In this document: piece by piece, positions 36,287 through 45,735 of the stretch
Numbering within the stretch: the first letter of the stretch is position 1
Layout of the letters: each line of letters starts with the position of its first letter
Assembly (NCBI GenBank): GCA_964525395.1
Contig: CAZGGU010000003.1
Span: 2,883 to 66,882, forward strand
DNA length: 64,000 bases
From: an uncultured Gammaproteobacteria bacterium
GTDB lineage: Bacteria > Patescibacteriota > Microgenomatia > Levybacterales > UBA12049
Direction of reading: 5' to 3'
Notes under the pieces: model-generated
What the model was told of the DNA's origin: nothing
What the model saw: only the letters and a program-made list of their open reading frames with translations
Database searches by the model: none
Made by a program: the position numbers and the translations under genes

Positions 36287-37421
36287 TGTTAGGATAATTG
36301 CAGTTTTGTTTATTGCATGGAAAATTTTAGATTTGGTTTCAATCTATTTTTCTTCACAAATTTTAAAACCTAGTAATTTCCCGTACAAGGATATACTTGC
36401 GAAATTTTACTTACCCCATACTATTACCTCTTTTGCTAATTTTGATGGAATTCAGTACATTACGATAGCAAAAGAGGGGTACTATAATTTCAGTCAAGCA
36501 TTTTTCCCTTTCTATCCTATCTTTATTAAATATGTAGCCTTGTTCTTGAACTACAATTACATACTTGCAGGCGTATTAATTTCAAATATATTTTTCTTCT
36601 TAGGACTTATTATATTTGCCAAATTATTAAGAGTGCTTAAATTTTCAGAAAATAACATATTATGGTCTATTTTATTTCTTTTATTTTTTCCTACTTCTTT
36701 TTACTTTGGCTCAGTATATGTGACTGGTTTTTTCTTCTTTCTATTAATAGTTTTCATATACTTAATGCATAAGAAGAGAATTATTGGGAATATTTTTATT
36801 GGGATAATAATGGGGCTCTCTACGATTAACGGTATTCTAGTTTCTATTTCTGTGATACCTCAGATAATACTGGAAAGAAAAATCGACAGAACACTAGTAG
36901 TCTATATTCTCAGTCCCATAGTCGGTCTTTTAATATATTCAGCATATTTATATCAATCTAAAGGAGATGCGATTTATTATTTGCATTCTCTCCCCGCATT
37001 TGGAGTGAATAGAAGTACTTCTATAGTATTTTTACCACAGGTTTTGTATAGATATATAAAAATATTCCTAACTTCCCAGATTAATTATCAATTATTTATT
37101 GCAGTATTAGAATTTATTTTTTTTAGTTTAGGTTTTTTCTTGATTCTTTATTTCCTTTACCTTGTTTTTAAAAAAAGAGAAAGTAAAAATTATAATACCT
37201 TGTTGTTTATTGGAATTTTTTCTTTAGCTAATATATTAATCTCAACACTAACGGGTACGTTGACCTCTACTCCTAGATATATTTTATATTCTTTGTCAAT
37301 ATTTGTAGTTTTACCTATCATTTTAAATAAAAGGTATGTTAAATTTATGGTTTTGCTGATATTCTTAGTATTGCATGTAATTCTTGTATCGTTTTTCTCT
37401 CAAGGGTATTTTGTTTCATGA
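36255..37421 (+). CDS. polytopic membrane protein, possibly PIG-V/GT-C-like mannosyltransferase
   Basis: FDGIQYITIAKEGYYNFSQAFFPFYP resembles the W/FDxxxYxxIAxxGY...AFFPLYP motif of that family (from memory). About 10 TM. Confidence 0.45.
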   Translation: MKKLFLNQEVNVRIIAVLFIAWKILDLVSIYFSSQILKPSNFPYKDILAKFYLPHTITSFANFDGIQYITIAKEGYYNFSQAFFPFYPIFIKYVALFLNYNYILAGVLISNIFFFLGLIIFAKLLRVLKFSENNILWSILFLLFFPTSFYFGSVYVTGFFFFLLIVFIYLMHKKRIIGNIFIGIIMGLSTINGILVSISVIPQIILERKIDRTLVVYILSPIVGLLIYSAYLYQSKGDAIYYLHSLPAFGVNRSTSIVFLPQVLYRYIKIFLTSQINYQLFIAVLEFIFFSLGFFLILYFLYLVFKKRESKNYNTLLFIGIFSLANILISTLTGTLTSTPRYILYSLSIFVVLPIILNKRYVKFMVLLIFLVLHVILVSFFSQGYFVS

Positions 37422-38701
37422 ATAAATATTTAAATTTAATAAAGGGATTCGGAAAGCACGAGCTGGTCAGTGGAAGTTTTTATGTATTTATTGGAACTAC
37501 GGTTTCAAGTTTCTTAGCCTTTGTTTTAAATATATTTTTTGCAAGAGAATTAACTTATGTTGAGTATGGTGTTTTGGCATCTTTATTGTCCCTCGTTACA
37601 CTTTTTACAATTCCAGCATCCTCACTTTCAGCAGTAATAGTACGATATGCCACAAATTTCTTTGCAGAAAAGAAAACAAAGCAGGCAGGAGCTCTTTATA
37701 AAAAATCATTTTTGTGGTTAATCGTCATCGGAATTGGTATAAATGTTTTATTTTTTCTTCTGTTTCCCATATTTTCTAATTTTCTAAAAATTGATAATTT
37801 GCCACTCGTAATGATTACAGCTATTTCTGTTTCCATGTTCTATTTCGCCACTCTTAATATGTCATTCATTCAAAGTATGCTTAAGTTTAGGTTGCTTGGT
37901 GTTTTGTATTCTATTGCCGGAGTCGGCAAATTAGTGGGTGGTGTGGTTCTTATCTTAATGGGATTTAATATTTATGGTGCGATTCTTGCAACATTTATTT
38001 TTTCATTTATTGATTTTGTTTTTGGATTATTTCCACTTAGGGAAACTATTAAAAATGCAGGAAAAGATGTGAAAATCGGAACTAGAGACTTTACATCCTA
38101 TGCAATTCCTACTTCTATAGCTGTGATTGCGCTTTCCTCGTTTATTGCGTCCGATGTGCTTTTAGTTAAGCATTTCTTTAGTCCATATCAAGCTGGCCTT
38201 TATGGAGGGTTAAATTTGGTGGGAAAAGTAATTTTTTACTTCACAGGTCCGATTGCTTTGGCAATGTTTCCTTTAATAGTTAAGAGGCATTCAAATAATG
38301 GAAATTTTAATAATCTTTTTTATCTTTCAATTGGGCTTGTTTTATTTTGCTCACTATTGATTACTGCATTTTATTTAATATTTCCAGAGTTTGTTCTTCA
38401 AATATTCTTGGGAGGGAAGCAGTATCTAACAATGGCGCCATATCTAGGAATTTTCGCTATCTTTCTAACAATCTTTAGTTTAAATAATGTTTTCGTTAGC
38501 TTTTTCTTATCAATTAAAAAAACGAATGTGTTTCCGATTGTAGTAATTTTTGCAGTTATGCAGATAGTTTTAATTTGTTTATATCATTCAAATTTTTATC
38601 AAATAATTTATATTTCTATTATCGTTTCGGCCTTGCTTCTGGCCTCACTTGTGATATATTATCTTAAGCTTTATGGTGGGATTTATCTTAAGAAAAAATA
38701 G
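37418..38701 (+). CDS. Wzx-like flippase / polysaccharide biosynthesis membrane protein
   Basis: 427 aa and about 12 TM. N-terminal amphipathic region plus hydrophobic repeats typical of the MOP family. Confidence 0.65.
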   Translation: MNKYLNLIKGFGKHELVSGSFYVFIGTTVSSFLAFVLNIFFARELTYVEYGVLASLLSLVTLFTIPASSLSAVIVRYATNFFAEKKTKQAGALYKKSFLWLIVIGIGINVLFFLLFPIFSNFLKIDNLPLVMITAISVSMFYFATLNMSFIQSMLKFRLLGVLYSIAGVGKLVGGVVLILMGFNIYGAILATFIFSFIDFVFGLFPLRETIKNAGKDVKIGTRDFTSYAIPTSIAVIALSSFIASDVLLVKHFFSPYQAGLYGGLNLVGKVIFYFTGPIALAMFPLIVKRHSNNGNFNNLFYLSIGLVLFCSLLITAFYLIFPEFVLQIFLGGKQYLTMAPYLGIFAIFLTIFSLNNVFVSFFLSIKKTNVFPIVVIFAVMQIVLICLYHSNFYQIIYISIIVSALLLASLVIYYLKLYGGIYLKKK

Positions 38702-38721
38702 TATTTATTCGCTTCTTTATT

Positions 38722-39459
38722 ATGGCAGTTGATTTGAGTCTAATCATGCCTGCCTACAAACAAGAAAAAACAATCGTTAAGGATATCAAAGAGATTGATA
38801 AAGTTCTCTCCACGCTTAAATTGAAATACGAAATAATCGTTGTTGTTGATGGGTTTGTCGATAAAACATTCCAAAAAGCCAAAAGAATTAAAAAAAGAAA
38901 AGTAAAAGTTATAGGTTACGAAAAAAATCTAGGCAAAGGATTTGCGATTAAGACTGGTGTTGAAAAAGCAAATGGAGATATTATTGGCTTCATCGATGCA
39001 GGAATGGATTTAGATCCCAGAGAGATAAAATATATGTTAGATATTATGTCCTGGAAAAATGCTGATATAGTTGTTGGAAGTAAACTTCATCCGGATTCAG
39101 TTGTAAATTACCCAATTAGCCGTAAAGTTATTTCATGGTGTTATAGATTGGTAACGCGTTCTTTATTTAATTTAAATATTAAGGATACACAGGTGGGTCT
39201 GAAAATTTTTAAGTATAAAGTTGCTAAGAAAGTTTTTCCCAAAATAGTAGTTAAAGCATTTGCATTTGATATAGAAGTTTTAGCAGTAGCTCACAGTTTT
39301 GGTTATAAGAAAATATATGAAGCACCTATTAGATTAAGATTTCGTCAAGGCAGTATTACGAATACCAATTTTTGGAAAGTGGGCTTTTGGACATTAGTTG
39401 ATACGATGGCCATATTTTACAGAATGCACATCATCAATTACTATAAAAAGAATGGGTAA
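38722..39459 (+). CDS. GT2 polyprenyl-phosphate sugar synthase-like glycosyltransferase
   Basis: LSLIMPAYKQEKTI...YEIIVVVDGFVDKT...GKGFAIKTGV...IGFIDAGMDLDP. Confidence 0.8.
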   Translation: MAVDLSLIMPAYKQEKTIVKDIKEIDKVLSTLKLKYEIIVVVDGFVDKTFQKAKRIKKRKVKVIGYEKNLGKGFAIKTGVEKANGDIIGFIDAGMDLDPREIKYMLDIMSWKNADIVVGSKLHPDSVVNYPISRKVISWCYRLVTRSLFNLNIKDTQVGLKIFKYKVAKKVFPKIVVKAFAFDIEVLAVAHSFGYKKIYEAPIRLRFRQGSITNTNFWKVGFWTLVDTMAIFYRMHIINYYKKNG

Positions 39460-40780
39460 GCTTCTTAAAAATAAATTTTTAGTTATTTTAGTGTCAATTT
39501 TACTTTTGGCATTTTTTCTAAGAGCTTATAACCTGACCAATTCTCCTCGACTTGGTGCAACTTTTGACGAATTCGCTTGGACATGGATAGGAATTAGTTT
39601 AATACAAGAGCATGTTCCTAGCTCTTGGTCTCCGCACCCTCAATACGAAGGACACAGGGAGTATAAGAAATACCTAAATGCAGATTTTTGGATAGTTAAG
39701 CCTTATCTTGAGCATCCACCCTTCTTTGGGCTTGTAGCAGGTTCTTTTGCGATCTTAAACGGGGCAGACGGGATGTTTGATGTGACTCTTGATAAAATTC
39801 GCCCACTGGCTCTTATTTTGGGTTTAGTATCAATTGGCACGTTATTTTTGCTAGTCAGAGAAATATATGATGAAAAAATTGCATTGCTCTCAACGCTTAT
39901 ATATGCCACTATTCCGACTGTGGTTATAGGATCACGCTTAGTCCAGAATGAGAATTTTTTTATCCCGATATATTTATCTGCTTTATTTTTAATTGCGAAA
40001 TATTTTAGAACAAAGAATAAGAAATTAATCTACATGTCAGCGGTATTGTGCGGATTGTTGGTTATTTCAAAAGTTCCTTGGATTGCAGCTTCAGTGGGAA
40101 TTATTTCCATATTGTTTTATAAGCAGAAATATAATTTGGGATTAAGAGTTGGATTGATTGTAGCTCTATTTTTCATTGGATATTTAATTTATGGATTATT
40201 TTTTAATTCTGATTTATTTTTGGGTCTTTGGGGTCTCCAGTTGCAAAGATATGACATTTCATTTAACAGCGTTTACGCTCTGTTTACAGAGCCGTATTTA
40301 ACTGATAGGTACTTCATTGATGGGTGGATATTTTTTGGGTGGTTTGCTTTTATTCTCTTATTGATTAAAGATTATAAAAAGAACATTGTAGTTATCCTTG
40401 GGCTGCTTGCATATTTAGGAATTTTTATTTTTGCAATTCCAAATGAAGCAGGTCATGGTTGGTATAGATATCCGTTTTATCCATTTCTTGCGATTTCTGT
40501 CGCATTATTTATAAAAGAATATTTTAATAAAAACATTCTTTTAACCTTTCTATTTATTTTACTTGTTGGATTGTCGATGCTTGAAGTTTCTTACGGAACA
40601 AAGTTTGGGTTTTCATTTTTAGTTTTTAGAGGATTTTTGTTTGTATGCGCTTTATCACTCTTGCCACTATTTTTTAGAAGTAATAATTTGTTAAAATTCT
40701 CGCACGGACTTAACTTTATATTGCTGATTGGAGTATTTGGTTTAAATGTCCTCGCTGTCCTCACATATCTAGAAATTTAA
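39452..40780 (+). CDS. GT-C-like membrane glycosyltransferase (ArnT-like)
   Basis: TFDEFAWTWIGISL...VKPYLEHPPFFG matches the ArnT YFEKPP-type motif. The track ORF starts at 39398. ATG 39452 (MGKLLKNKF) overlaps the preceding stop by 8 nt and is preferred. Confidence 0.6.
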   Translation: MGKLLKNKFLVILVSILLLAFFLRAYNLTNSPRLGATFDEFAWTWIGISLIQEHVPSSWSPHPQYEGHREYKKYLNADFWIVKPYLEHPPFFGLVAGSFAILNGADGMFDVTLDKIRPLALILGLVSIGTLFLLVREIYDEKIALLSTLIYATIPTVVIGSRLVQNENFFIPIYLSALFLIAKYFRTKNKKLIYMSAVLCGLLVISKVPWIAASVGIISILFYKQKYNLGLRVGLIVALFFIGYLIYGLFFNSDLFLGLWGLQLQRYDISFNSVYALFTEPYLTDRYFIDGWIFFGWFAFILLLIKDYKKNIVVILGLLAYLGIFIFAIPNEAGHGWYRYPFYPFLAISVALFIKEYFNKNILLTFLFILLVGLSMLEVSYGTKFGFSFLVFRGFLFVCALSLLPLFFRSNNLLKFSHGLNFILLIGVFGLNVLAVLTYLEI

Positions 40781-41880
40781 TGAATATTTTAATTCTCAAT
40801 TGGAAGGATATTAAGAATCCTACTGCAGGTGGGGCTGAAATTGTCACATACGAGCATGCAAGAAGATGGATAAAGGCAGGGCACACTGTTACCTGGCTTT
40901 CTTCAGCATTTAGAAAGAGTCTAAAGGAAGAGACTATAGAGGGTATTAAGATTAGAAGGTTCGGAAATATATATCAAGTATATTTATTTGCCCCCTACTT
41001 TTATTTGTTCGGCGGCCAGAAGTTTGATTTAGTGATTGATGAGGTCCATGGTATTCCTTTTTTTACCCCTTTTTATGTGAGAAAGCCTAAGTTAATTCTT
41101 ATCCACGAAATAGCAGGAGAGATTTGGGATTACATGTATAGTTTTCCCTTTAATTATTTAGGAAAAGTTCTGGAGCGATTTTATCTAACAATTTATAGAA
41201 ATCAATATTTTTGGACCGATTGTAAATCAACGATCGATGAGTTAGTCAAGAACGGAATTAAAAGAAAAAGATGTATTGCAATTCCTTGTCCTTCAAACGC
41301 CAAGCCTATTAGTAAGCCAATTATAAATAAGCAATTAATTTTCGTTTCGGTTTCCAGAATTGTAAAGATGAAAGGAATAGAAGATGTAATAAAAGCCTTT
41401 TCAATAGTGAATAAAAAATTTTTAAACTCAAAACTACTTATTATTGGAGACGGCGACAAGAGATATATTAATTACCTAAAAAAGGAATTAGTCAGAGCAA
41501 ATGGAATTGAGAAAAATGTACAATTTTTAGGTTATGTAGAAGAAAAGAAAAAACTTAATATTTTAAAAAAATCTTACCTACTTCTCCATGCTTCTGTGAA
41601 AGAAGGTTGGGGAATAGTTGTGATTGAGGCAGCCAGTCAGTCTACGCCTGCAGTTGTATATAACGTTCCAGGTTTAAGTGAGTCGGTTAAAAATAAATTG
41701 ACTGGAGTAGTTCTCTCGAAAAATTCATTCGAGGAGATGGCTAATAGTGTGATTAGATTGACTCAGCAGAAAAATACATATCGCAAATATCAAAAAAATT
41801 GTTTAGAATGGGCTAATGATTTAAATTGGGATGACCAAGTTAAAAAGAGTTTATCAATGTTAAATAAATTAAAGTCATGA
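40780..41880 (+). CDS. GT4 (GT-B) glycosyltransferase
   Basis: MNILILNWKDIKNPTAGGAE...EGWGIVVIEAASQSTPAVV. Confidence 0.8.
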   Translation: MNILILNWKDIKNPTAGGAEIVTYEHARRWIKAGHTVTWLSSAFRKSLKEETIEGIKIRRFGNIYQVYLFAPYFYLFGGQKFDLVIDEVHGIPFFTPFYVRKPKLILIHEIAGEIWDYMYSFPFNYLGKVLERFYLTIYRNQYFWTDCKSTIDELVKNGIKRKRCIAIPCPSNAKPISKPIINKQLIFVSVSRIVKMKGIEDVIKAFSIVNKKFLNSKLLIIGDGDKRYINYLKKELVRANGIEKNVQFLGYVEEKKKLNILKKSYLLLHASVKEGWGIVVIEAASQSTPAVVYNVPGLSESVKNKLTGVVLSKNSFEEMANSVIRLTQQKNTYRKYQKNCLEWANDLNWDDQVKKSLSMLNKLKS

Positions 41881-42896
41881 AATTATCTAAGCCATCTGTA
41901 ACAATTATTTTAATCACATGGAATGTAGAGAGAACAATAAGTAAAGTTCTTAAAACAATCGAGGAGCAGGAATATCCAAAAAAATTAATTGAGGTTATTG
42001 CAGTTGATGGTGATTCAGATGATTCAACAGTTAAAATATTAAAGAAATCTCCTCTAAAAATAAAAGTTCTGAATAGTCCTTATCCTAAAGATCCTGAGGC
42101 TTGTAGGGGCGTAGGGCTTAAAGCTGCAAAAAACGATATTATCTGTTTTATAGATTCTGACAATTATCTACCTCATAGGAAATGGCTCAGTAAGATGATT
42201 GAGCCTTTTAATAAAGAGCCAAACATAGTTGGAACAGAGACTTTAAGGTTTGCATATAGAAAGTCAGATAATTACTTAAATAGGTATTTTGCTCTTATTG
42301 GTTCGGCAGATCCTGTGGGCCTATATCTTGGGAAAGCAGATAAGCTCTCTTATTTGACTGATAATTGGAAGTTGTATGGAAATGTGATTGGTGATGAAAA
42401 AGATTACTTCGTAGTTAATTTTAGTCCTAATGAATTTCCAACTCTAGGTTCAAACGGATTCTGCGCGCGAAGAAAACTTCTTTTAAAAGGAAAATCAGAT
42501 CCTAAGCACTATTTTCATATTGATGTGCCTTTAGATTTAGCTAGGATGGGTTTTACAAAATACGGTGTAGTAAGAGACGTAATTATTCATGACACAGCTA
42601 CTACTCTGTCAAACTTTTTAAGTAAGAGAGCAAAATACATGAGACTTCATTATCAAAAGAGATCTCGAGATAGAAGATATAAGGTATTTGATCCAAATAG
42701 TCATGATGATTTGCTTAGAATATTCCTATTCATTTTCTTTTCATTAACTTTTGTTCAACCTACTTATGTGGCGCTTAAGGGATTTTTAAAAATTAGAGAT
42801 TTGGCTTGGTTTACTCATCCAATATTTTGTTTTTCCATTATGACAATTTATACATATGCTGTACTAGAGAAATTTATAAAAACAAAATTAAAATGA
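41877..42896 (+). CDS. GT2 glycosyltransferase
   Basis: VTIILITWNVERTI...EVIAVDGDSDDST...FIDSDNYL. Confidence 0.75.
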   Translation: MKLSKPSVTIILITWNVERTISKVLKTIEEQEYPKKLIEVIAVDGDSDDSTVKILKKSPLKIKVLNSPYPKDPEACRGVGLKAAKNDIICFIDSDNYLPHRKWLSKMIEPFNKEPNIVGTETLRFAYRKSDNYLNRYFALIGSADPVGLYLGKADKLSYLTDNWKLYGNVIGDEKDYFVVNFSPNEFPTLGSNGFCARRKLLLKGKSDPKHYFHIDVPLDLARMGFTKYGVVRDVIIHDTATTLSNFLSKRAKYMRLHYQKRSRDRRYKVFDPNSHDDLLRIFLFIFFSLTFVQPTYVALKGFLKIRDLAWFTHPIFCFSIMTIYTYAVLEKFIKTKLK

Positions 42897-44068
42897 TCCC
42901 ACTTATAAAATCAACATTCTATAACGAAACAAAAGTAAAAAAAGATTTGATAAGTTTTATTAAAAAATCTAAAAAATTAAGTTTTGGTAGAGAATGTGAA
43001 AAATTTGAAAAAAACTTTGCAAAGTATCAAGGTAGAAAAAGATGCGTTTTTGTAAATAGTGGAAGTTCGGCAAATTTAGCGCTCATTCAAGCTTTGTTAA
43101 ATCTCAAAAGATTGAAGAGAGGAGATAAAGTGGCTTTTTCAGCATTAACATGGGCAACCAATGCTATGCCGCTAATTCAGCTTGGCTTGGATCCGGTGCC
43201 CGTCGATATTGAAGTAGAAACACTTAATATTTCCAGTCAAAATTTTCTAGAAGTGATTAAAAAAGAAAAAGTAAAAGCATTATTTATAACGAATATTTTA
43301 GGGTTTTGTGGCGATATAGATAAAATTAAAAAAATATGTAGAGAGAAAAATATTATTTTGATTGAAGACAATTGCGAATCTCTTGGCACGATCTATAAAG
43401 GGAAAAAACTTGGTAATTTCGGCCTCGCTTCTACTTTTTCTTTTTATGTGGGACATCATATGTCTACGATAGAGGGCGGATCAATATGCACAGATGATAA
43501 TGAGCTGGCGGACATGCTTTCTCTGGTAAGGGCACATGGTTGGGATCGAAACTTAGATTTTTCAAAACAAGATAAAATTAGAAAAAAGTTCAATGTTAAT
43601 TCCACCTTTTATTCTAGATATACATTTTATGATCTGGGATATAATTTGAGGCCAACAGAAATTAATGGATTTATCGGAAACCAGGAGCTTAGGCATATAA
43701 ATAAGATTGTAAAGCAGAGAAACAAAAATTTCTTAAAGATTGCAAAGGAAATTTATGAAAACGAAAATTTTTATCCTCTTAAATACGATCATATTGATTT
43801 AATTTCAAACTTCGCAATTCCAATTGTTTGCAAGAGTAGGGAAATTAGGGACAGAATTGTTAAGGAGTGTGAGAACAAGATTGAGATTAGGCCGATTGTT
43901 GGCGGAGATTTAACGCTTCAACCATTTTTTAGTAAATATGTAAAAAAGAGATATAAAAATTCTAATGCCAGGCTAGCTCATGAGCAGGGTTTGTATTTGG
44001 GGAATAACCCAGAATTAACAGAAAAAGAAATAAAAATTATTACTAAATTATTATCTAATGCAATATGA
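42893..44068 (+). CDS. PLP-dependent sugar 3-dehydratase of the ColD/E1 type (DegT/AAT class V fold, His replacing the Schiff-base Lys)
   Basis: TFSFYVGHHMSTIEGGSICTDD...VRAHGWDRNL closely parallels the ColD active-site region. NSGSSANLALIQAL PLP region. The track ORF starts at 42806. ATG 42893 overlaps the upstream stop (ATGA). Confidence 0.75.
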   Translation: MIPLIKSTFYNETKVKKDLISFIKKSKKLSFGRECEKFEKNFAKYQGRKRCVFVNSGSSANLALIQALLNLKRLKRGDKVAFSALTWATNAMPLIQLGLDPVPVDIEVETLNISSQNFLEVIKKEKVKALFITNILGFCGDIDKIKKICREKNIILIEDNCESLGTIYKGKKLGNFGLASTFSFYVGHHMSTIEGGSICTDDNELADMLSLVRAHGWDRNLDFSKQDKIRKKFNVNSTFYSRYTFYDLGYNLRPTEINGFIGNQELRHINKIVKQRNKNFLKIAKEIYENENFYPLKYDHIDLISNFAIPIVCKSREIRDRIVKECENKIEIRPIVGGDLTLQPFFSKYVKKRYKNSNARLAHEQGLYLGNNPELTEKEIKIITKLLSNAI

Positions 44069-44766
44069 AGATACTAGAAATAGGATCTGGTCAAGGATTC
44101 CATTTAAGCGTTTTAGCAAGAGATGATTCAAACGAAGTTATTGGCATAGATTTATCCAAAAACGATTTAAAAATCTCAAGAAAGAGGTATCCAAATTTAG
44201 ATTTTAGATATATGAACGCCGAAAAGCTTAAATTTAAAAAAAATACTTTTGATGAAATATATGCGCTCGATGTATTAGAGCATGTCGATAATTTAAATAA
44301 GGTCCTTAATGAAATTACCAGGGTTTTAAAACCTGGAGGAAAATTTATTATTAATATTCCTTACCATAAATCTGAGCGTTGGCTTCTTAAAGTTCGCCCT
44401 ACATTTCATAAAGAAATTCACCATGTCCGAATTTTTGGAGAGAAAGAGCTTGAATCTATCTTAAAAAAGAAAAAATATAAATTGCTTAAGAAGGAAAGAA
44501 AAGAGTTTCTTCAGCACATTGAGCTATATGTCTTATTTAGACGAAAAATAAAATCAAAAACACAATTAAGTATTGGTAGTTGGAGAGACACATATTTTAC
44601 AAAATTTGTTCATGTAGCAGTCCTTTACACGAATCCAGCTGTATTAAAAACTCCATTAGTATATTTTCCAATTTGGATTATTACACTTCCGGTTGGAGGT
44701 GTTATTAACTTTATTGCTAATCAAAAATTTCCAAGATCTCTATATTACATATTTGAGAAAAAATAA
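44065..44766 (+). CDS. class I SAM-dependent methyltransferase
   Basis: ILEIGSGQGFH motif I. LDVLEHV...LKPGGKFII post-I motifs. Confidence 0.7.
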   Translation: MKILEIGSGQGFHLSVLARDDSNEVIGIDLSKNDLKISRKRYPNLDFRYMNAEKLKFKKNTFDEIYALDVLEHVDNLNKVLNEITRVLKPGGKFIINIPYHKSERWLLKVRPTFHKEIHHVRIFGEKELESILKKKKYKLLKKERKEFLQHIELYVLFRRKIKSKTQLSIGSWRDTYFTKFVHVAVLYTNPAVLKTPLVYFPIWIITLPVGGVINFIANQKFPRSLYYIFEKK

Positions 44767-44768
44767 AA

Positions 44769-45734
44769 ATGAAAAAAAACGAGAAAATTACTATCTTTAC
44801 AGTTAACTGGAATGGTAAGAAGTGGCTTAAAAAATATTTAGATTCTGTCGAGAATCAAACATATCCAAATATTGAAAATATTGTTGTTGATAATGCTTCC
44901 AATGATGGTTCAGTAGAATTTATTAAGAAATATTATCCTAAGGTAAAAATTATTCAAAATAAAAAAAATTTTGGTTTAGCAAAAGCAACACAAATTGGTG
45001 TTAAAAATGCAAAAGGGAAGTATATTTTATTTATTAACAACGATACTTGGTTTAATAAAGCTTTTGTAAGTGATTTATTTGAGTTTTATCAGAATAATAA
45101 TTATACGGTAGTCTCAGCTAGGGAGGAAAGATATTTTGATAATAAAAAATTCAACTGTAATACAACTATTGATCTAACAGGTAGTCCTGCATATTTTAAG
45201 CCTGCTTATTCAAAACCTCATAAAATATTTTATTTAACTGTATGTTTTTTATGCTTAAAAGATGACTTTATTAAATCGAAAGGAACTGACGAGGATTTTT
45301 TTATGTACTATGAGGATGTTGATTGGTTTTGGAGATTAACTTTATTAGGTAAAAAATTTAGAGTAGCAGAAAAAATAAAAATTCATCATGCAGGAGCAGG
45401 AAGTAGCGGCTCTGGAATTAGATATGATTTCTTCCTTTGGAGAAATCAAAACTCATTACAATCTTTAATCAAGAACTATTCATCAAAAATGCTATTAGTG
45501 ACGCTACCGTTATTTGTTCTGCAAAATATTTTTGAAATAATATTTTTTTTAGTAATTCTTAAGCCAAAAATTTCTTATTCATATATTGAAGGATGGATTT
45601 TTAATTTAAAGAATGTAAGGAGAACTTTAAAAAAGAGAAAATGGATTCAGAATAATCGAATCGTGGGGGACTTAGAGGTCATTAAGAAAATGTATATTGG
45701 GCCATCTAAATTAAAAACATTATTGAATCATTAA
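44769..45734 (+). CDS. GT2 glycosyltransferase
   Basis: ITIFTVNWNGKKWL...NIVVDNASNDGS...LFINNDTWF. Confidence 0.8.
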   Translation: MKKNEKITIFTVNWNGKKWLKKYLDSVENQTYPNIENIVVDNASNDGSVEFIKKYYPKVKIIQNKKNFGLAKATQIGVKNAKGKYILFINNDTWFNKAFVSDLFEFYQNNNYTVVSAREERYFDNKKFNCNTTIDLTGSPAYFKPAYSKPHKIFYLTVCFLCLKDDFIKSKGTDEDFFMYYEDVDWFWRLTLLGKKFRVAEKIKIHHAGAGSSGSGIRYDFFLWRNQNSLQSLIKNYSSKMLLVTLPLFVLQNIFEIIFFLVILKPKISYSYIEGWIFNLKNVRRTLKKRKWIQNNRIVGDLEVIKKMYIGPSKLKTLLNH

Positions 45735-45735
45735 T

